From: Moniliella sp. 'wahieum'
Lineage: Eukaryota
Length of the DNA stretch: 64,000 nucleotides
Assembly (NCBI GenBank): GCA_003971905.1
Contig: RSEE01000033.1
Span: forward strand, 558,001-622,000
Reading direction: 5' to 3'
Positions 36,970-49,879 of the stretch are shown here, piece by piece (position 1 is the stretch's first letter; each line of letters begins with the position of its first letter). The translations under genes were made by a program, and so were the position numbers. A model generated the notes under the pieces. The model made no database searches. It had not been told where the DNA came from and saw nothing but the letters and a program-made list of their open reading frames with translations.

Positions 36970-38979
36970 TTAGGGGATCTCTGCCAAGCGGGACTGGATC
37001 GCCTTGGCAGAAAATTCCTTTGCGTCGAGCGTAAGACCCGGGTTGTGGGCGAGTGCTGAACGAGCGTTGTGGATGGCGCGTTGACCCGTAGTGAGCTTCC
37101 CCTTCTTGTCAGGGTCGTTGGGGTCGAGCCCAAGTTGAGCCAAAGTCAGAGGCTTGACCACGTACTGAGAGTAGTCACCACCCTTGACCTCGCGCAACTC
37201 ACGCCGCTTCACTTCGGCGGCACGCCAGATGGTGTGGGCCGGGTAGCTCTCGCGAATCATATTGGGGGGAACATCTTCCAAGGCTGCCAACCGTGCCTCC
37301 TGGACGGTTGCATGGGTCTTGTTCAGACTCTTGGCCACCTCGGCCCACTGATCCTGCCCTGTCGGTTCGGGATTGTCAGAGAAGGTAGGCGTGGAACCCT
37401 TGCTGACGTTAGGCTTCTCCTCCGTCAAATCCATGTACCTCGGCCGCGCCAGCTTCGGCTCCGGCTGGGAAAGACCCTGAGGCAAGGCCGTCTGGTAATG
37501 GTGCAGAGCAAACTTCATCGACAGATAAGGTGGGATACTGAAGGGACGCATGGCTTCGGGGGTGGCATAGTCCTTCTCCAATACAAGGCCGCCCCGTTGC
37601 TTGGCCTCCGGGGCAGAGGAGGAGTAAGTGGGGCCGTCGTATTTAAAGTCCTTGCCGTTAGGGAATTTGGGTACGACAGGTGCCCCCACCATCTTGTGAG
37701 CCAGGTGCTGACGCGAGTTGTAGTAGTTGCGCGGCTCGCTGTAAAGGGGGTCGTTCCAATCGGTTTGGACATGCTCCAGACGAAGCTTCGAGTGGTACTC
37801 CCCTGGACGTGGCCAGGCACTGAGAAGCTGGTAGTACCCACGGTCTCCCTGGTCCACAGCAATTTCCCGCATCTCCGCAGCGTTGACTTCCGCACGTTGG
37901 CGACCGCCCTTCTGGTTGCGGGAGACGGATACGGTCTTACGCGCCAACAGGTCACGCTCCAGCGTCTCATCTTCTTCGACGAGCGGCTCGGGTTCCAACT
38001 CCTCATTCACCTCATCCAAAGCACGAAGCGCGTCAGAGGCACGAGAGTGAGTTGCGGGCTTGGCACGGGGCAGGTCCTCCTCCAGTTCCTCCTCCGAAGC
38101 GGACTTGCGTGCCTTAACGTTCTCGGCCACCGCGTGCTCCGAACGCAACTGGCGGCGCTTCTGCAGTTTCCGCCCCAGTTTCTCCGCATGAGCAAGCTTG
38201 CCATCGTCATCCACCTCGATGTCAAGCACGGCATCACCTTCCTCCTGAGCGGTCGCGGCGTCTACGCCCTCCTCTGCCAGTTCGGGGGATTCAGCAAGCT
38301 CCGCACGCTTCTTCGCGGGAATAGCGGTGTTTGCTTGTAGTTCTGCAGAACGGGGGGAACGAACGCCATCATGAAGACGGCCGGAGCGCTGGGGTGCGCC
38401 CTCGCGGGGACCGAAGTCCCGGCGAGGCTGACCGTCTCGCGGACGGAAGTCACGGCGCTCTCCATCACGGGGACGGAAGTCACGGCGCTCTCCATCACGG
38501 GGACGGAAGTCACGGCGCTCTCCATCACGGGGACGGAAGTCACGGCGCTCTCCATCACGAGGACGGAAGTCACGGCGCTCTCCATCACGAGGACGGAAGT
38601 CACGGCGCTCTCCGTCGCGCTGCCGAGGATCACGGCGAGGACGGGAATCACCACGCTCGCCATTACGAGACTGGTAGCCATTCGGGTCGCGCTGCTTGGT
38701 CGTGGTCTCACCACTCTGGACGCCAAACTGGTTGAAGATGAACTTGCGTGTCGAGGGGCCCTTGCGGTCAGTGTTCAAAGCCGGCTTGGGTGCAGGCGCG
38801 GGCTTGGCGGTGACAGGCTTGCGGGAGCGGGACGAGGGCATGTTGAGGATAGCACGCAGCTTGCTCTGGGCCGAGTCCTTGTTGTCGGCCATGGCCACGA
38901 CGGACGAGTGGAGGGAGCGCCATTGCGCCCGGTTGGCGAGCTGGACAGCCGCCTGGACACGGCGCGGGGCGACAAGCAT
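36970..38979 (-). CDS. Hypothetical mitochondrial-targeted protein with RDGERRDFRP repeats
   Basis: Long open frame of about 670 aa from MLVAPRR with a presequence-like start (WRSLHSS). No domain recognised. Confidence 0.65.
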   Translation of the reverse strand: MLVAPRRVQAAVQLANRAQWRSLHSSVVAMADNKDSAQSKLRAILNMPSSRSRKPVTAKPAPAPKPALNTDRKGPSTRKFIFNQFGVQSGETTTKQRDPNGYQSRNGERGDSRPRRDPRQRDGERRDFRPRDGERRDFRPRDGERRDFRPRDGERRDFRPRDGERRDFRPRDGERRDFRPRDGQPRRDFGPREGAPQRSGRLHDGVRSPRSAELQANTAIPAKKRAELAESPELAEEGVDAATAQEEGDAVLDIEVDDDGKLAHAEKLGRKLQKRRQLRSEHAVAENVKARKSASEEELEEDLPRAKPATHSRASDALRALDEVNEELEPEPLVEEDETLERDLLARKTVSVSRNQKGGRQRAEVNAAEMREIAVDQGDRGYYQLLSAWPRPGEYHSKLRLEHVQTDWNDPLYSEPRNYYNSRQHLAHKMVGAPVVPKFPNGKDFKYDGPTYSSSAPEAKQRGGLVLEKDYATPEAMRPFSIPPYLSMKFALHHYQTALPQGLSQPEPKLARPRYMDLTEEKPNVSKGSTPTFSDNPEPTGQDQWAEVAKSLNKTHATVQEARLAALEDVPPNMIRESYPAHTIWRAAEVKRRELREVKGGDYSQYVVKPLTLAQLGLDPNDPDKKGKLTTGQRAIHNARSALAHNPGLTLDAKEFSAKAIQSRLAEIP
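38441..38613. repeat. 30-bp coding minisatellite, ~5.8 copies
   Basis: GGACGGAAGTCACGGCGCTCTCCATCACG[G/A] in tandem. Confidence 0.95.
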
Positions 38980-41452
38980 CGTCCCTAGGCCGCTGGAGAC
39001 GATGGGGGGGCAGCGTGCTTGCCAGCCCCGGCCCCGTCCCTCCAACCCGCCCGGCCGCCAGATCTGAGAAGGTGCACTGGCGGAAATGCGCCGCGCTGGT
39101 TCCGCCGGTACCCATTGCACCGACCCCTGCCTGCTCGCCATGCAGGCAGATGAGCCGCACCCGTGCCACACCCCCACAATTTAATTGCGCACACGCCGCC
39201 GCATGGTGAGAATTACTGCTGAAGTGGCGCTCCTCTGGCTCCTCCAGCGCATCTGACGCATCAACACTGCCGGCTCTGAACATGCTGCTGTTGTGCTTCG
39301 CAGCATGTCGCAGACATAGATCGCCATGTGCGCCCGTTGAGGGAACTGACCAATTTCCCAGGTGAGGTCGAGCTCTGGTCTCCATCTTTTTTCTGCCTTT
39401 TCGCCTCTCACTGCTCGCAGGAGAGACGGCGACGCGTGTGAGCACTAGTCTGGTGTTCTGGAGCTCTGTATTGATAAACGGGCTCCTCCTCCTGTGCCTT
39501 TCTTGTCCATTCGCGTGGCCGCTTCCAAGCTGGCCCCTTTCTGGCACGATATCCCCAAGTCACTGCTTTATTTGTCGCTGTCCATGTACACCACACAGTG
39601 CAAAAGCTTTCGCTTTTCTATAGTGAGCTGACGCATTGAAGAAAGGTTATAGGCCACCGCGCTCACCCCCCTGGTCTATTACGAGCTCATATAACCTCCC
39701 CCCTCCAAGTAGACCTTCAATCTCGTCGACTGCCAATATTCCCCTTGGGATAAGCAAGGCAAAAGAAGAGAAAAGAGAGGGGAGAATGGGATGTAACTGA
39801 GTGTGATGCCGAAAGCCGTTCCGTGGCGATCAACCAGAAGGATTCGGTGTTGGAGTTTTCTAACTTTCGTTTACGGACGTGATGTGGTAGTCCTAGCCGC
39901 TTGGGCCAAAGTGGTTTAGTTGGTGGATAGGACTTTGATGAAACGGCTGTATATCAGGATGAGGTGGCTGGCTTTGAGATCAAGCATCAAAAGGGAAAAA
40001 AGGGAGTTTCGAGGCCTGGGTGGATGTCCAAGCGTCCTATAAGAGGGTAGGGAAGAATGAAGGGATTATCTATGGTATGGTCGAAAAAAGGTATCTCTCT
40101 CGTTTGAGTGACAAAGGCGGGGCGGGACACTCGCCAAAAACGTTTGCGCTTCCCCCTGCTTCCCCTGTCGAGATTGCCTCCCCTCATAAGGATCGTATAG
40201 CGCGTGTATACATAAACATACGGAGAGTGTATGTGACTGATCGACATATTAGTACGACGAATTGGTGTTGACATGATACCATTTGTACTGCATCCGCTTA
40301 TTCAAGGTGTGGGCACGTTGGCTGTGGGGAGTAAAGGAGTGGTCAGGTAATAAGGAGGAAGCAGCAGAAAGTGCAATATATATGAACCAAGTTGGAAGGT
40401 GCAGAGGGAGGCTTCAAGCCGACAGGTGGTAGATTACCACACGTGCACTGCATATCAACCTCGAAATGGAATGAGAAGCATTGAGGACAAGGCACGATTA
40501 TCGAGTGGCCAGCGCATCATGCATCAGGCTGAGCCCTTACTTAGGCCTTACGCGTTGCGCGTTACGCCGCAGGAACGCCGCCGGAGAAGGTAGAAACCCC
40601 GGCGGAAGAGACTGGCACTGTGCGGCGGCTTTCCCGCCCAGCGGACCGCATGGCGGCGACAACAAGGACAGCGGCACAGAGCCAGAGCGGGTTTAGAAGA
40701 GTTTGAATCGATGGGGTGGAGCAGTGATGTTGGCGCTCAGTCCTCCGCCACACACGGGCGCTGCGGCCATTGGGAAGAGGCTGGCAAGGCCCACAGCAAA
40801 GCCTCACTAGCGCCTCAATACCCCTAACCGCGGAAACCCCTGTAAGGCCGTAGGGCCTAATAAGGCCAATAAGGTCTAAGGCCTAAGGCCTACAGCCCAA
40901 CTCCTAACGGGGAACCTCTAAGGCGTTCGACGCCGTGCATCATGCATCACGCCTCAGTAGGGCCTCATAACACGTCACTATCCTATAGGCACTGCAGTCA
41001 CTTCGTCACTGACTAGAGTGACCAGTTTCCCTGTCACTCTCCCCGTTCCTGCGGTGCCGGCGTTGCTGCAGGTTGGTGTCCGTGCGATTGATGTCACATG
41101 GTCACATGCATTGCATATCCATGTCATTAGCATTGCTAATGGGACGGACCGTGGAAGGGGGCAGATGGCCCGCCGCTGCCTGTGCAAGGCAGTCTTCTTG
41201 AGACACGCCTTGGCTGTGTCCTGGTGCGCGCCGGTCAAAACGCTCAGGTTCACTTTCAAGTCAAACGTTGAACGCAGCTCCAGGGCACTGTGCTAACCCG
41301 CCCCATCCAACCCGTTGGGGCTCAAATTCTACATTTGGTGCAAAAAGGTTTGGCGCCTAGCGCTTATCGCCGACTGCCGCCTTAAAACATCCTCCCCCCC
41401 GCCCATCTTACACCCCAACCACCACCTCTGGCTCTTCCTCTACCTACCAACC

Positions 41453-43105
41453 ATGGCTCTCGCTCGCAACGCACGTATGACCCAGATCGAGTGGCTTGCC
41501 GGCCTCAGCCCGCTCGGTCTGGAAGCGACTGCAGCCAACCCTAATAAGCGCAAGACGGCCATTGTCTGCACCATCGGCCCCAAGAGCAACAATGTGCCTA
41601 CCCTCAGGGCCCTCCGCGATGCTGGCATGAACGTGGTCCGTCTCAATGCCTCGCACGGCACCCACGAATACTTCCAATCGGTCATTGACAATGCCCGCGA
41701 GGTTGAGGCCAAGTACCCTGGGCGCCCTCTGGCTATTGCGCTTGACACCAAGGGCCCCGAGATGCGCACCGGCATGATGGTGAACGGCGAGGACGCCCCT
41801 ATTGAGGGCCGGCCACGTCTTCTTTGTTACCACTGACGAGGCTTACGCCGAAAAGTCGAGTCCCGAGTACCTCTTCATTGACTACAAGAACTTGCCCCAG
41901 AAGATCGAGGTGGGCAAGAAGATCTACATTGACGATGGTATTCTCGCTCTTGAGGTGCTCGGGATTGAGTCGCCCACGATGGTCAAGGTTCGCTCGGTCA
42001 ATGCCGGTGTCCTATCGAACAAGAAGGGTCAACCTACCAATGACGGAGATTGACCTCCCCGCCTTGTCGCCCAAGGACGAGGCCGATATTCGTTTCGCTG
42101 TCGCGCAAAACCTGGACTACGTCTTTGCCTCCTTCATCCGTACCCCCGACGACGTGAAGCACATCCGCAAGGTCCTTGGAGAGGATGGCGCCCACATCAA
42201 GATCATTTCCAAAATTGAGTCTCACCAGGGCGTGCAGAATTTCACCGACATTCTCCAAGAGACTGATGGCATTATGGTCGCTCGCGGTGATCTGGGTATC
42301 GAGATCCCGGCCGAGGCTGTTGCTGTGAGCCAGGTACGTATTTTCCTCTGCTATCCTCTTCATGCGCTCGGTTCTGACGATCGATATGCCTTCGCCGGGT
42401 AGAAAATGATGATTGCCCAATGCAATCTTGCGGGCAAACCCGTCATCTGTGCGACTCAAATGCTCGAGTCTATGATCAAGAACAACCGCCCTACCCGTGC
42501 TGAGGTGTCCGATGTGTTTAACGCTGTGCTCGATGGCGCTGACGCGTGATGCTTTCGGGTGAGACGGCCAAGGGGTTGTACCCTGTAGAGGCGGTCACAA
42601 CTATGGCTCAGACGTCTCGTCTTGCTGAATCGGCGATCGCATACCCCGCCCTCTTCAACGAAATGCGTCAAGTGGTTCAGACGCCGACGCACACTGAGGA
42701 GACAGTTGCCATGGCCGCGGTGGCTGCCTCGCTTGAGCAGAACGCCGGGGCGATCCTACTCATGTCCACCTCGGGCACACGGCGCGTCTGGTTGCCAAGT
42801 ACCGCCCGCCGTGCCCCGTGCTGGTTATCACCCGCAACGAGCAGACCGTGCGTGCGTGCCACCTGTACCGGCACTTACCCCTTCCTCTACGCCGACGCAC
42901 GCCCCTCCGAGGGCAAGTGGCAACAGGATGTAGACAACCGTATAAAGTTTGGCTTTGCGAGGCTCTTGAGCTCGGCATTCTCAAGCCCGGCGCCACCGTT
43001 GTTGCCCTTCAGGGTTGGCGTGCGGGTAAGGGTGCAACCAACTCGATGCGCATCCTTTCCGTTCCCACCCACGAGTCGGGCCTCGAGCTCGAGGCAGCGC
43101 ACTAA
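41453..43105 (+). CDS. CDC19: Pyruvate kinase
   Basis: [65 protein letters not shown]; intron ~42334-42402. Confidence 0.97.
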
Positions 43106-43778
43106 GCTATTCTCCCTAAGTATTGTGTCTCATGGCAGTGCCTCTTCTCTCATTTGATTACCCCTGTCTCTCTACTATCGCTCGCCTTTCGAACCCTTTG
43201 TTCTTGAGTTCTTCACGGTTGCGGATAGTCCGAACATCGTATAGAGACAGCAGTTGCCAGCCACCAGCAGCCCTCTCTGTTTTTTGGTCTCCAATAAAAG
43301 GGGGAGGGGGGTGAGAGCCTTTTGGAGAAGATATGGGAGCTTCGCGGCTTGAGGAGAGGCAGCTACTATGCGATTGCATGATAATCAGGGGGTACCCGAC
43401 CTGGCCTGTCCATGTACCACATCAGGCATGCACGTCCGGGGATACCAGTGAGGCCGAGGAGACCGCCGGGAGGGCCTGGCTGGCGTGGGCGAGCCACAGG
43501 AATGATAATAGCACGTTGGAACAGCATAGGGGTGTGGGCGCAATGACGTCATACCCGTCCAGCAGAGGCTGTCTTGCGGCTTCGACAGCACTTTGAGCGC
43601 CAAACAGGGTTGTGGGCCGCGTGCCGCTAAATCCGCGCAGACCACTCGAGCTAACGCCATACCACATCCTCCGCACCACCCCCACCACCACCACCACCAC
43701 CACTGCCCTTGCCATCCACGGCCTTCTCTAGATACATCTGACCTGGAGGCAGGGTAGTCCCGAGCGCTGAGCTCCGCA

Positions 43779-46538
43779 ATGCCCTCCCGCCCCTCTTCCT
43801 CGGCCAGGGGCTTCTTCCGACGAGGACAATCCCCCCGCGCGCCCCGCTCCCCGGGATGTCGAGCAAATGAATCGATCCCACTCGTCTGCCAGTCGCGCCC
43901 CTTCTCCAGACCGCTATCCTCTCCCCCCACGTCAGGCGCGCCACTATGAGCGTGACTGGGACGCCCCTTCTCCAGACCGCTATCCTTCCCCCCCACGTCA
44001 GGCACACCACTATGAGCGGGACTGGGACCGGAGGCGTGACGAGCGGCCCCGTACTTCCAGTCGGGAGTATCGTCACTCGCTCGCCCGACTATAGGCTTTC
44101 ACGGCCGCGCACCTCCAGTCGAGAGTATCGTCGCTCCCGCTCGCCCGACTATAGGCCGCCAGGCCCAAGGCACAATCCCCCCTCCCGTGATGAGTGGTCA
44201 AGGTACCGGGACCGTCCACGTCCTGCCTCCCGCTGGGTTCGCAATTCACCTCCTCCCACAGGCGACTTGTACTCCGAGTCTTCAAGTCAACGTCACCGCC
44301 GCGGCTCTCTGAACCGGCGGGAGCACCCTTCTCACCCTCAGCCTGATGGGCGAAAGAACCAATGGCATACGTCTAAGGAGGCAGAGGATAGCGATCAAGA
44401 GGAGCGCTCTCCGTCGCCCGATCCCATGTTGGAGGCGTTTCTCTCTCAAGCCCAGGCTAAGGAGATGCACACCTCTCAAGAAGCCGAACGTCTTTTTCTG
44501 TAGGGGTAGGGCGCAAGAGCCGGTTCCAAAAAGAAAAAGAGGAAGCCGAGCGCAAGCGCAAACAAGGCGAACAAGATGCTGCTGAGGTCTACAAGGATTT
44601 CTTGCCTCCTTTGACAAGCCCTCCCGCTCTCAGCGCCCTGGGGGAGGGTTTGTATCCGCAGGTGGCAAGGCTTACCAGCCTACACGCGGACCCAGCCTGG
44701 ACCAACCGGAGCCTAAAGCCGTCAGATCGGCCGCCGAGGTGTTTGGCGCTGACGAGGACGAGACCGGCGGACAAGAGGCTGCACCCATATCGGTTCCCCC
44801 CTCCAAACGGGCTAAACTCAGCAGCATCACTGACCAGTTGCGCAAGACCCAAGAAGCCCGAGAGGCCCGCTTGCGACCCCGGGTCGAGGCGGGCGAAAGT
44901 ATCAGTGCCATCCTTGGTCTGGGCAGGAAGGTACCTTCCGGCATTGGGGTGGAGATCGCCAAGGACAAGACCACAACCAACATCTGTGTCCAGAGTCTCC
45001 CGGCGGGCGTCGATGAAGCTATCCTTGGCAATCATTTTTCCCACTTTGGCGACGTGGGCACTGTGAAAATCATGTGGCCCAAGTCCGAGTCATCTCACTT
45101 CAAAACAAATCCTTCTCGCCAGGACTTGGAGCGGCCCGCTGGCTGTATGGCCTTCATTGCGTTTATGAGGAGGTCCGATGCGGAGCTTGCCGTGGAGCGA
45201 TCTGACGGGTCCATGTGGCGTGGAGCGTACTTGGCGGTGGGGTGGGGGAAGGCGGTGCCTTTGCCCCTAACTCCAAACTACCCTCAAGCCTCCCATTCCT
45301 CCTCGCCGGAACCTGATCAGAAAAAGGGGAACCAGAACCCCGACCTAGCCATCGTTTCCCCCGTCAGCGCCTGACAATGATGATGAACACCCGGCCAGAT
45401 GAAGCGGCTCGAGTGGAGGAATTGGCCAAAAGGTGCTTGCAAATGGGCCTGGATACGAAGAGCAAGTCAAGATCCAAGCTGCATACAAGCCTGAGTTTGA
45501 GTTTCTGTTCAATGAGACTGTATGTCCAAAGTCCTGCGTGTAGAACTGATGTTGACGTGTGTCCAGCTCTATGCCCACCAGTATTATCGCATGCTTCTGG
45601 ATAAGGAGTATCAGCCCCAGATCGTGGCGCAACCGTTTTTAGACTTGGGCGTACAAGGTCTGTATGATTCGGATTCAGACGAGGAACATCAACAGGAGTC
45701 TCTCATCAAGAGTGGAAAAGCGACCCTAGGGCCCTTGGCTCAAACTAGGTTTGAGGCTATGCTTCGTGTGCTGACTCCACGGAGAGAGAGGATTGCCCGC
45801 GCCATGCAGTTTGCTATTGAGCATTCGTATGCTTGGACCTCCGTACGTGTCATTCCGGTCAAAGGAGCATGGGAGACTGACCGACCTTCTTGTCTGCAGG
45901 TTGTGGAGACCTTGGTGAATTCACTTTTATTACAAAATACGCCAATCCCGCGCAAGCTCGCCCGTCTCTGGGTAGTAAGCGACATCCTTCACAACTCTGG
46001 AGCTGGAGTTGGGGTGAGCCAGTCATGGCGGTATCGCGATACGTTTGCTGAGCACCTCCTCAAAGTTTTCACTCACTGCGGAGACGTGGTTCAGTCTTTC
46101 CCTGGCCGCATCAAGAGGGAAGGGATCCGCTTGCAGATCAACCTTGTGCTCGACACGTGGGAGGCTGCGCTCATCTATCCCACTCCCATGATCGAAGCGT
46201 TCCGGAGAGCGATGGATACCGGCACGAGCAACTCTTTAGCCACGGCCCCTGAGGAAAATGAGCCGTGCTCTGACGAAGAGGACGAAGAAGAGCAAGTGGA
46301 TGACGGGAGCGATTCCCCATTCCTTCCTCCCAAATCAACAGTCGCTTTCGATTTGCCCTGTCAAGAGCTTGATCCGCCGAGCAATCGACGCAGGTCATTG
46401 TCTCCCGGTGAATCACCGGATAATGTTCTCGGCTCCCATTGCCCCGAGCCGGCAATGCGTCTTCAGCCAGGGTCCCCTTCCTTTTCGTCTGCCCCTCCGG
46501 AAGGGGATGCTCTCCCTACGAATGCACCACAACAGTGA
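43779..46538 (+). CDS. U2 snRNP-associated SURP/CID protein (U2SURP/SR140-like)
   Basis: RS-like N-terminus, RRM (TTNICVQSLP..FGDVGTVKIMWP..FIAFMRRSDAE..VGWGKAVP), CID (RERIARAMQFA, KLARLWVVSDILHNS, WRYR). Confidence 0.85.
43897..44157. repeat. Coding tandem duplications (66 bp x2, then ~57 bp x2) in the RS-like region
   Basis: APSPDRYP..RQA.HYERDWD twice; RPRTSSREYR.S.SPDYR twice. Confidence 0.85.
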
Positions 46539-46829
46539 TTATTCATCACAAGGTCTCCAATATACTGCCCCAGGCATTCGATAAGATAGCAAGACAAGGC
46601 CGGATCCCCATCGCCCGTCTATCTTGCATGCCATCCATCATCCCTCATCAACGGTTTTCTTGTCTCTCTCCGTCGGGGCACTTGAATCAATACCACTGAA
46701 CGGCACGTTTCCTACGGGCTAATATCTCAACCGGGATGTCCTTCTTTGTCACACCACTACGTGACTATCCCACATTCATCTAGCAAGTTGAGATATGCAT
46801 ATCCTTTGGTCTCATCGTAAGCAATACTC

Positions 46830-47984
46830 CTAGGCACCCCGGCGCTCGACAATCTTGATCAGGTCAGCCACAACGCCCATAGCGGTCACGTCGGCACCGG
46901 CGCCGGCGCCCTGGACGAGCAGCGGGCGGACTGGGTAGCGCTGGGTAGTGAAGGAGACGATGTTATCGCTCCCCCCGAGGGAGGCAGCGAAGGGGTGGGT
47001 AGCATCGTACTTTTCCAAACTCGCCTTAACCTGGCCCGACTGTGCGTCAAATCACACCGACATAGCGCCAGACTTTGCCCTCCTTCTTGGCTTCCTCACG
47101 AAGCGCCGCTAGCTCGCTGTCAAACTCGGCCAATTTGGCAATGTAATCGTCGCCATCGGCCACCTTGCCTTCCTTTTCCAGCGCGGCGAGCTTGTCGGGC
47201 GTAAGCGACTTGGTCGGTACGGAAGCAAAGCCTTCGGGAAGGGGAGCGGCCTTGGCCACACTCGGAATCAGACGCGACAAGATGGTCAATTTACGAGCTA
47301 CATCCGAACCCGACAAGTCATCCCCAGGGTACGGCTCGGTGTACCCATTCTTCTTGGCCACCGCCACCACGTCCGAGAAGTTGGCAGTGCTGTCCAGAGA
47401 GGCGGGGCACCAGACATTGAAGATGTACGATAGGGTGCCCGAGAAGACGCCCTCGATCTTGAGGATCTCATCGCCCGTGGCAACCAGGTCTTTGAGGGTC
47501 GAGATGATGGGCAAGCCAGCACCCACTGTGCTTTCCAGCTGAATCAAGGGGCCCTGAGGACCTGCTTTCTCGTCAAGCGCTTTGAGGATATCGTCAAACA
47601 GAGTCATGGGGCCCGAGTAGGCCTTCTTGTTTGGCGTCACAACGCTAAACCCGGCCCGGAGGAAGAGGGGATACGCAGAGGCAATGGCATCGTTCGAAGT
47701 GTTGTCCACCACGACTGTGTGCTTTCCGCCGGCACGCGAAGCCAGGATCTCAATCAACTGCGACGGGCCAGGGGCGGTCTCGGTCGAAGCAGCGAGCTGG
47801 GCAGGCCAGTCGGCTCCCAACGGACCCGAGGCAAAAGCAGCTTGCGCGAATTCTGCACGCTCACGATCCGCAGTGCCTGGGCTAGGACGGGAGAACTGGT
47901 GATCTGGGCAATGACAGCGCTGCCTACCAGGCCAGCGCCAACAATGGCGACGTTGACGCTTCCGCTGATGGTCGTGGCGGCCAT
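46830..47984 (-). CDS. HOM6: Homoserine dehydrogenase
   Basis: VAIVGAGLVG, VVDNTS, VVTPNKKA, ESTVGAGLP, IEGVFSGTLSYIFN, GYTEP.P.DDLSGSDVARKL, QGAGAGADVTAMGV. Confidence 0.96.
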
Positions 47985-48583
47985 TGTGGGAGACGGAGGG
48001 AGAGAGTGGTGGGGGGTCCGACTTGGGATGGGGATGAGGCGGAGAAGGAGGCGGGCGAAGACGGGTGTTTTCTCCGCTTGGCGCTTGGCGGCGGGCGAAT
48101 AGGTGCACTCGATCCGTCGCAAGCGTGCTCCTGCGCTGTCTGGGCCATTAGCCGAGCATCGAGAGCATCATGCATCATGCATCATGCATCCCTCCTAGGG
48201 CCTGGGCTCCAGCGCATCGGGCATCGGACAGGACGATTGCAGATTGACCATCCATCACCCATCGCACCACCCTCCGCGCAGACCGGCTGTGCTCTGCTGT
48301 GCTCCCCCAGGCGACACAACCGCAAATTTGGGTGCTGATGTCAGCTTTTAATGCCGCACACTGCCCCCGAGCTGCAGCGCCTGCGGCAGGGTTGCCCCCC
48401 AGGGCAGCACGGGGCGAGTGTGGAGCCACGCCACCGCAGCGCATCCCCCTCCTTTCTGCTCTGCCGCCACGCCCTCCTCTCCGCCTTCCCCTTCCCCCAC
48501 CACCTCTCCGCCTCTCCTCTTTCCTGCGCCTCCTCCCACCTGCCGTCGACGGACCGCGCAGAGACCGACCCTTGCCCGCTCAT

Positions 48584-49020
48584 ATGAACATCGAAAACCT
48601 CCAGCGCTACGACCCCTTTGCCGACGTCGGCGAGGAGCCCCCCGCCCCCAAGTCGTCTGCTCCGCAGGAGGCTACCAAGCACAAGTCCAAGACCACTGTT
48701 GATGGCTACATCCACATCCGCGTCCAGCAGCGCAATGGCCGCAAAACTCTCACCACCCTCCAGGGCCTCCCCAAGGGTAGGTCCCTCCCCCTTTCCTGTC
48801 TCCCACATCCCCGCGCTGACCAGCCCTGTGAACAGAGTATGACCCCAAGAAGCTCATCAAGGCTTTCAAGAAGGAATTTGCTTGCAACGGCACGGTCGTC
48901 GATGATGTCGAGGCCGGCCAGGTAATTCAGCTGCAGGGTGACCAGCGCCAGAAGATTGCCGCCTTCCTCTCGGAGGAAGTGGGTATCCCCAAGGCGACGA
49001 TCAAGGTCCATGGCTTCTGA
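48584..49020 (+). CDS. SUI1: Translation initiation factor eIF1
   Basis: YIHIRVQQRNGRKTLTTLQGLP, KKEFACNGTV, IQLQGDQR, IKVHGF*; intron ~48777-48835. Confidence 0.97.
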
Positions 49021-49879
49021 GCGCCATGTATTGGCTCCAAGGTAGTTGCCACTGTGCACTTCAACCGTTTACCAGGGTCGCTTGTGGCCCGTGTGTGCAT
49101 CGGAATGTGGGAGTGCATACGTTGCGAGTGCGTTGACCCATGGGCCCTGTAGTCCACACCGCTGCACACTGGTACTTAGTGGCACTGCCCCCACCAACTC
49201 GCGCCTCTGATGGTGCTGTCCACTTCGGAGCGAGCATCACCGGTCGCTGGACAGTTATCTCGAACGGCTCGAGGCCTCGGGCCTCTGGTGCCACGCCATG
49301 GCACTGTCATGGTGTATACCCAGCAGTCCGCACACAAATGGGACGGTTTTCTGTCTGGAGGTCAGGAGGTATGGGTGGGCGTGTGTACGTAGCCTCGGAG
49401 GATGTGGCGATGATGTGCTGGTGGACGTGAGGCTGGGATGGGACATTTGGCCTTGTCCTGGTTAGCGATGGAGGGCCGAATGGTTGATGATCGATGACGG
49501 AATGGTGGGTGGTTGGTCGGAGGGCGACCGGTGGCCGTCCCCCGGTCAGGCGGTCAGGTGACCACTGGTCTGCAGTGCGCTCGCTGGTCAGATTCATGAT
49601 GCATGAGGGGCAATGGATGATGCTTTCGGAGCAGGCTGGCTCTGCGCTCCCCAGCTGGTTGCACACCAAGCGATCAGCGATCAGCCCATCGCTCATCGCT
49701 CTGCCCGGGCGGAAAAAGAAGGTCGGCGGCGGAATGCGGCGGCGGAAGACGCGGTGCAGGAGGCGAGTGCGTCGAAAATAAAGTAGGCGAGAGGGAGCGC
49801 TGAGACGAGGCTGGTTGCGCTTTCGCTCCAGCCGTCCCCGCGCCGATCTTCTGCGCCGCCACCGTCCGCCTCCCCCACT

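Noticed and set aside
37069..38340. 423-aa plus-strand ORF and many similar antisense ORFs
   Set aside because: Shadow frames opposite real genes in GC-rich DNA; no motifs.
40341..40367. SRP RNA helix-8-like TCAGG..AGCAG
   Set aside because: The intervening bases cannot form the stem and GNRA loop, and no other SRP features are present.
40818..40832. Telomerase-template-like CCCCTAACC
   Set aside because: A single short match with no supporting structure; expected by chance.
41453..43105. Pseudogene status for frameshifted housekeeping genes
   Set aside because: Motifs are intact and indels affect nearly all genes, which indicates sequencing error.
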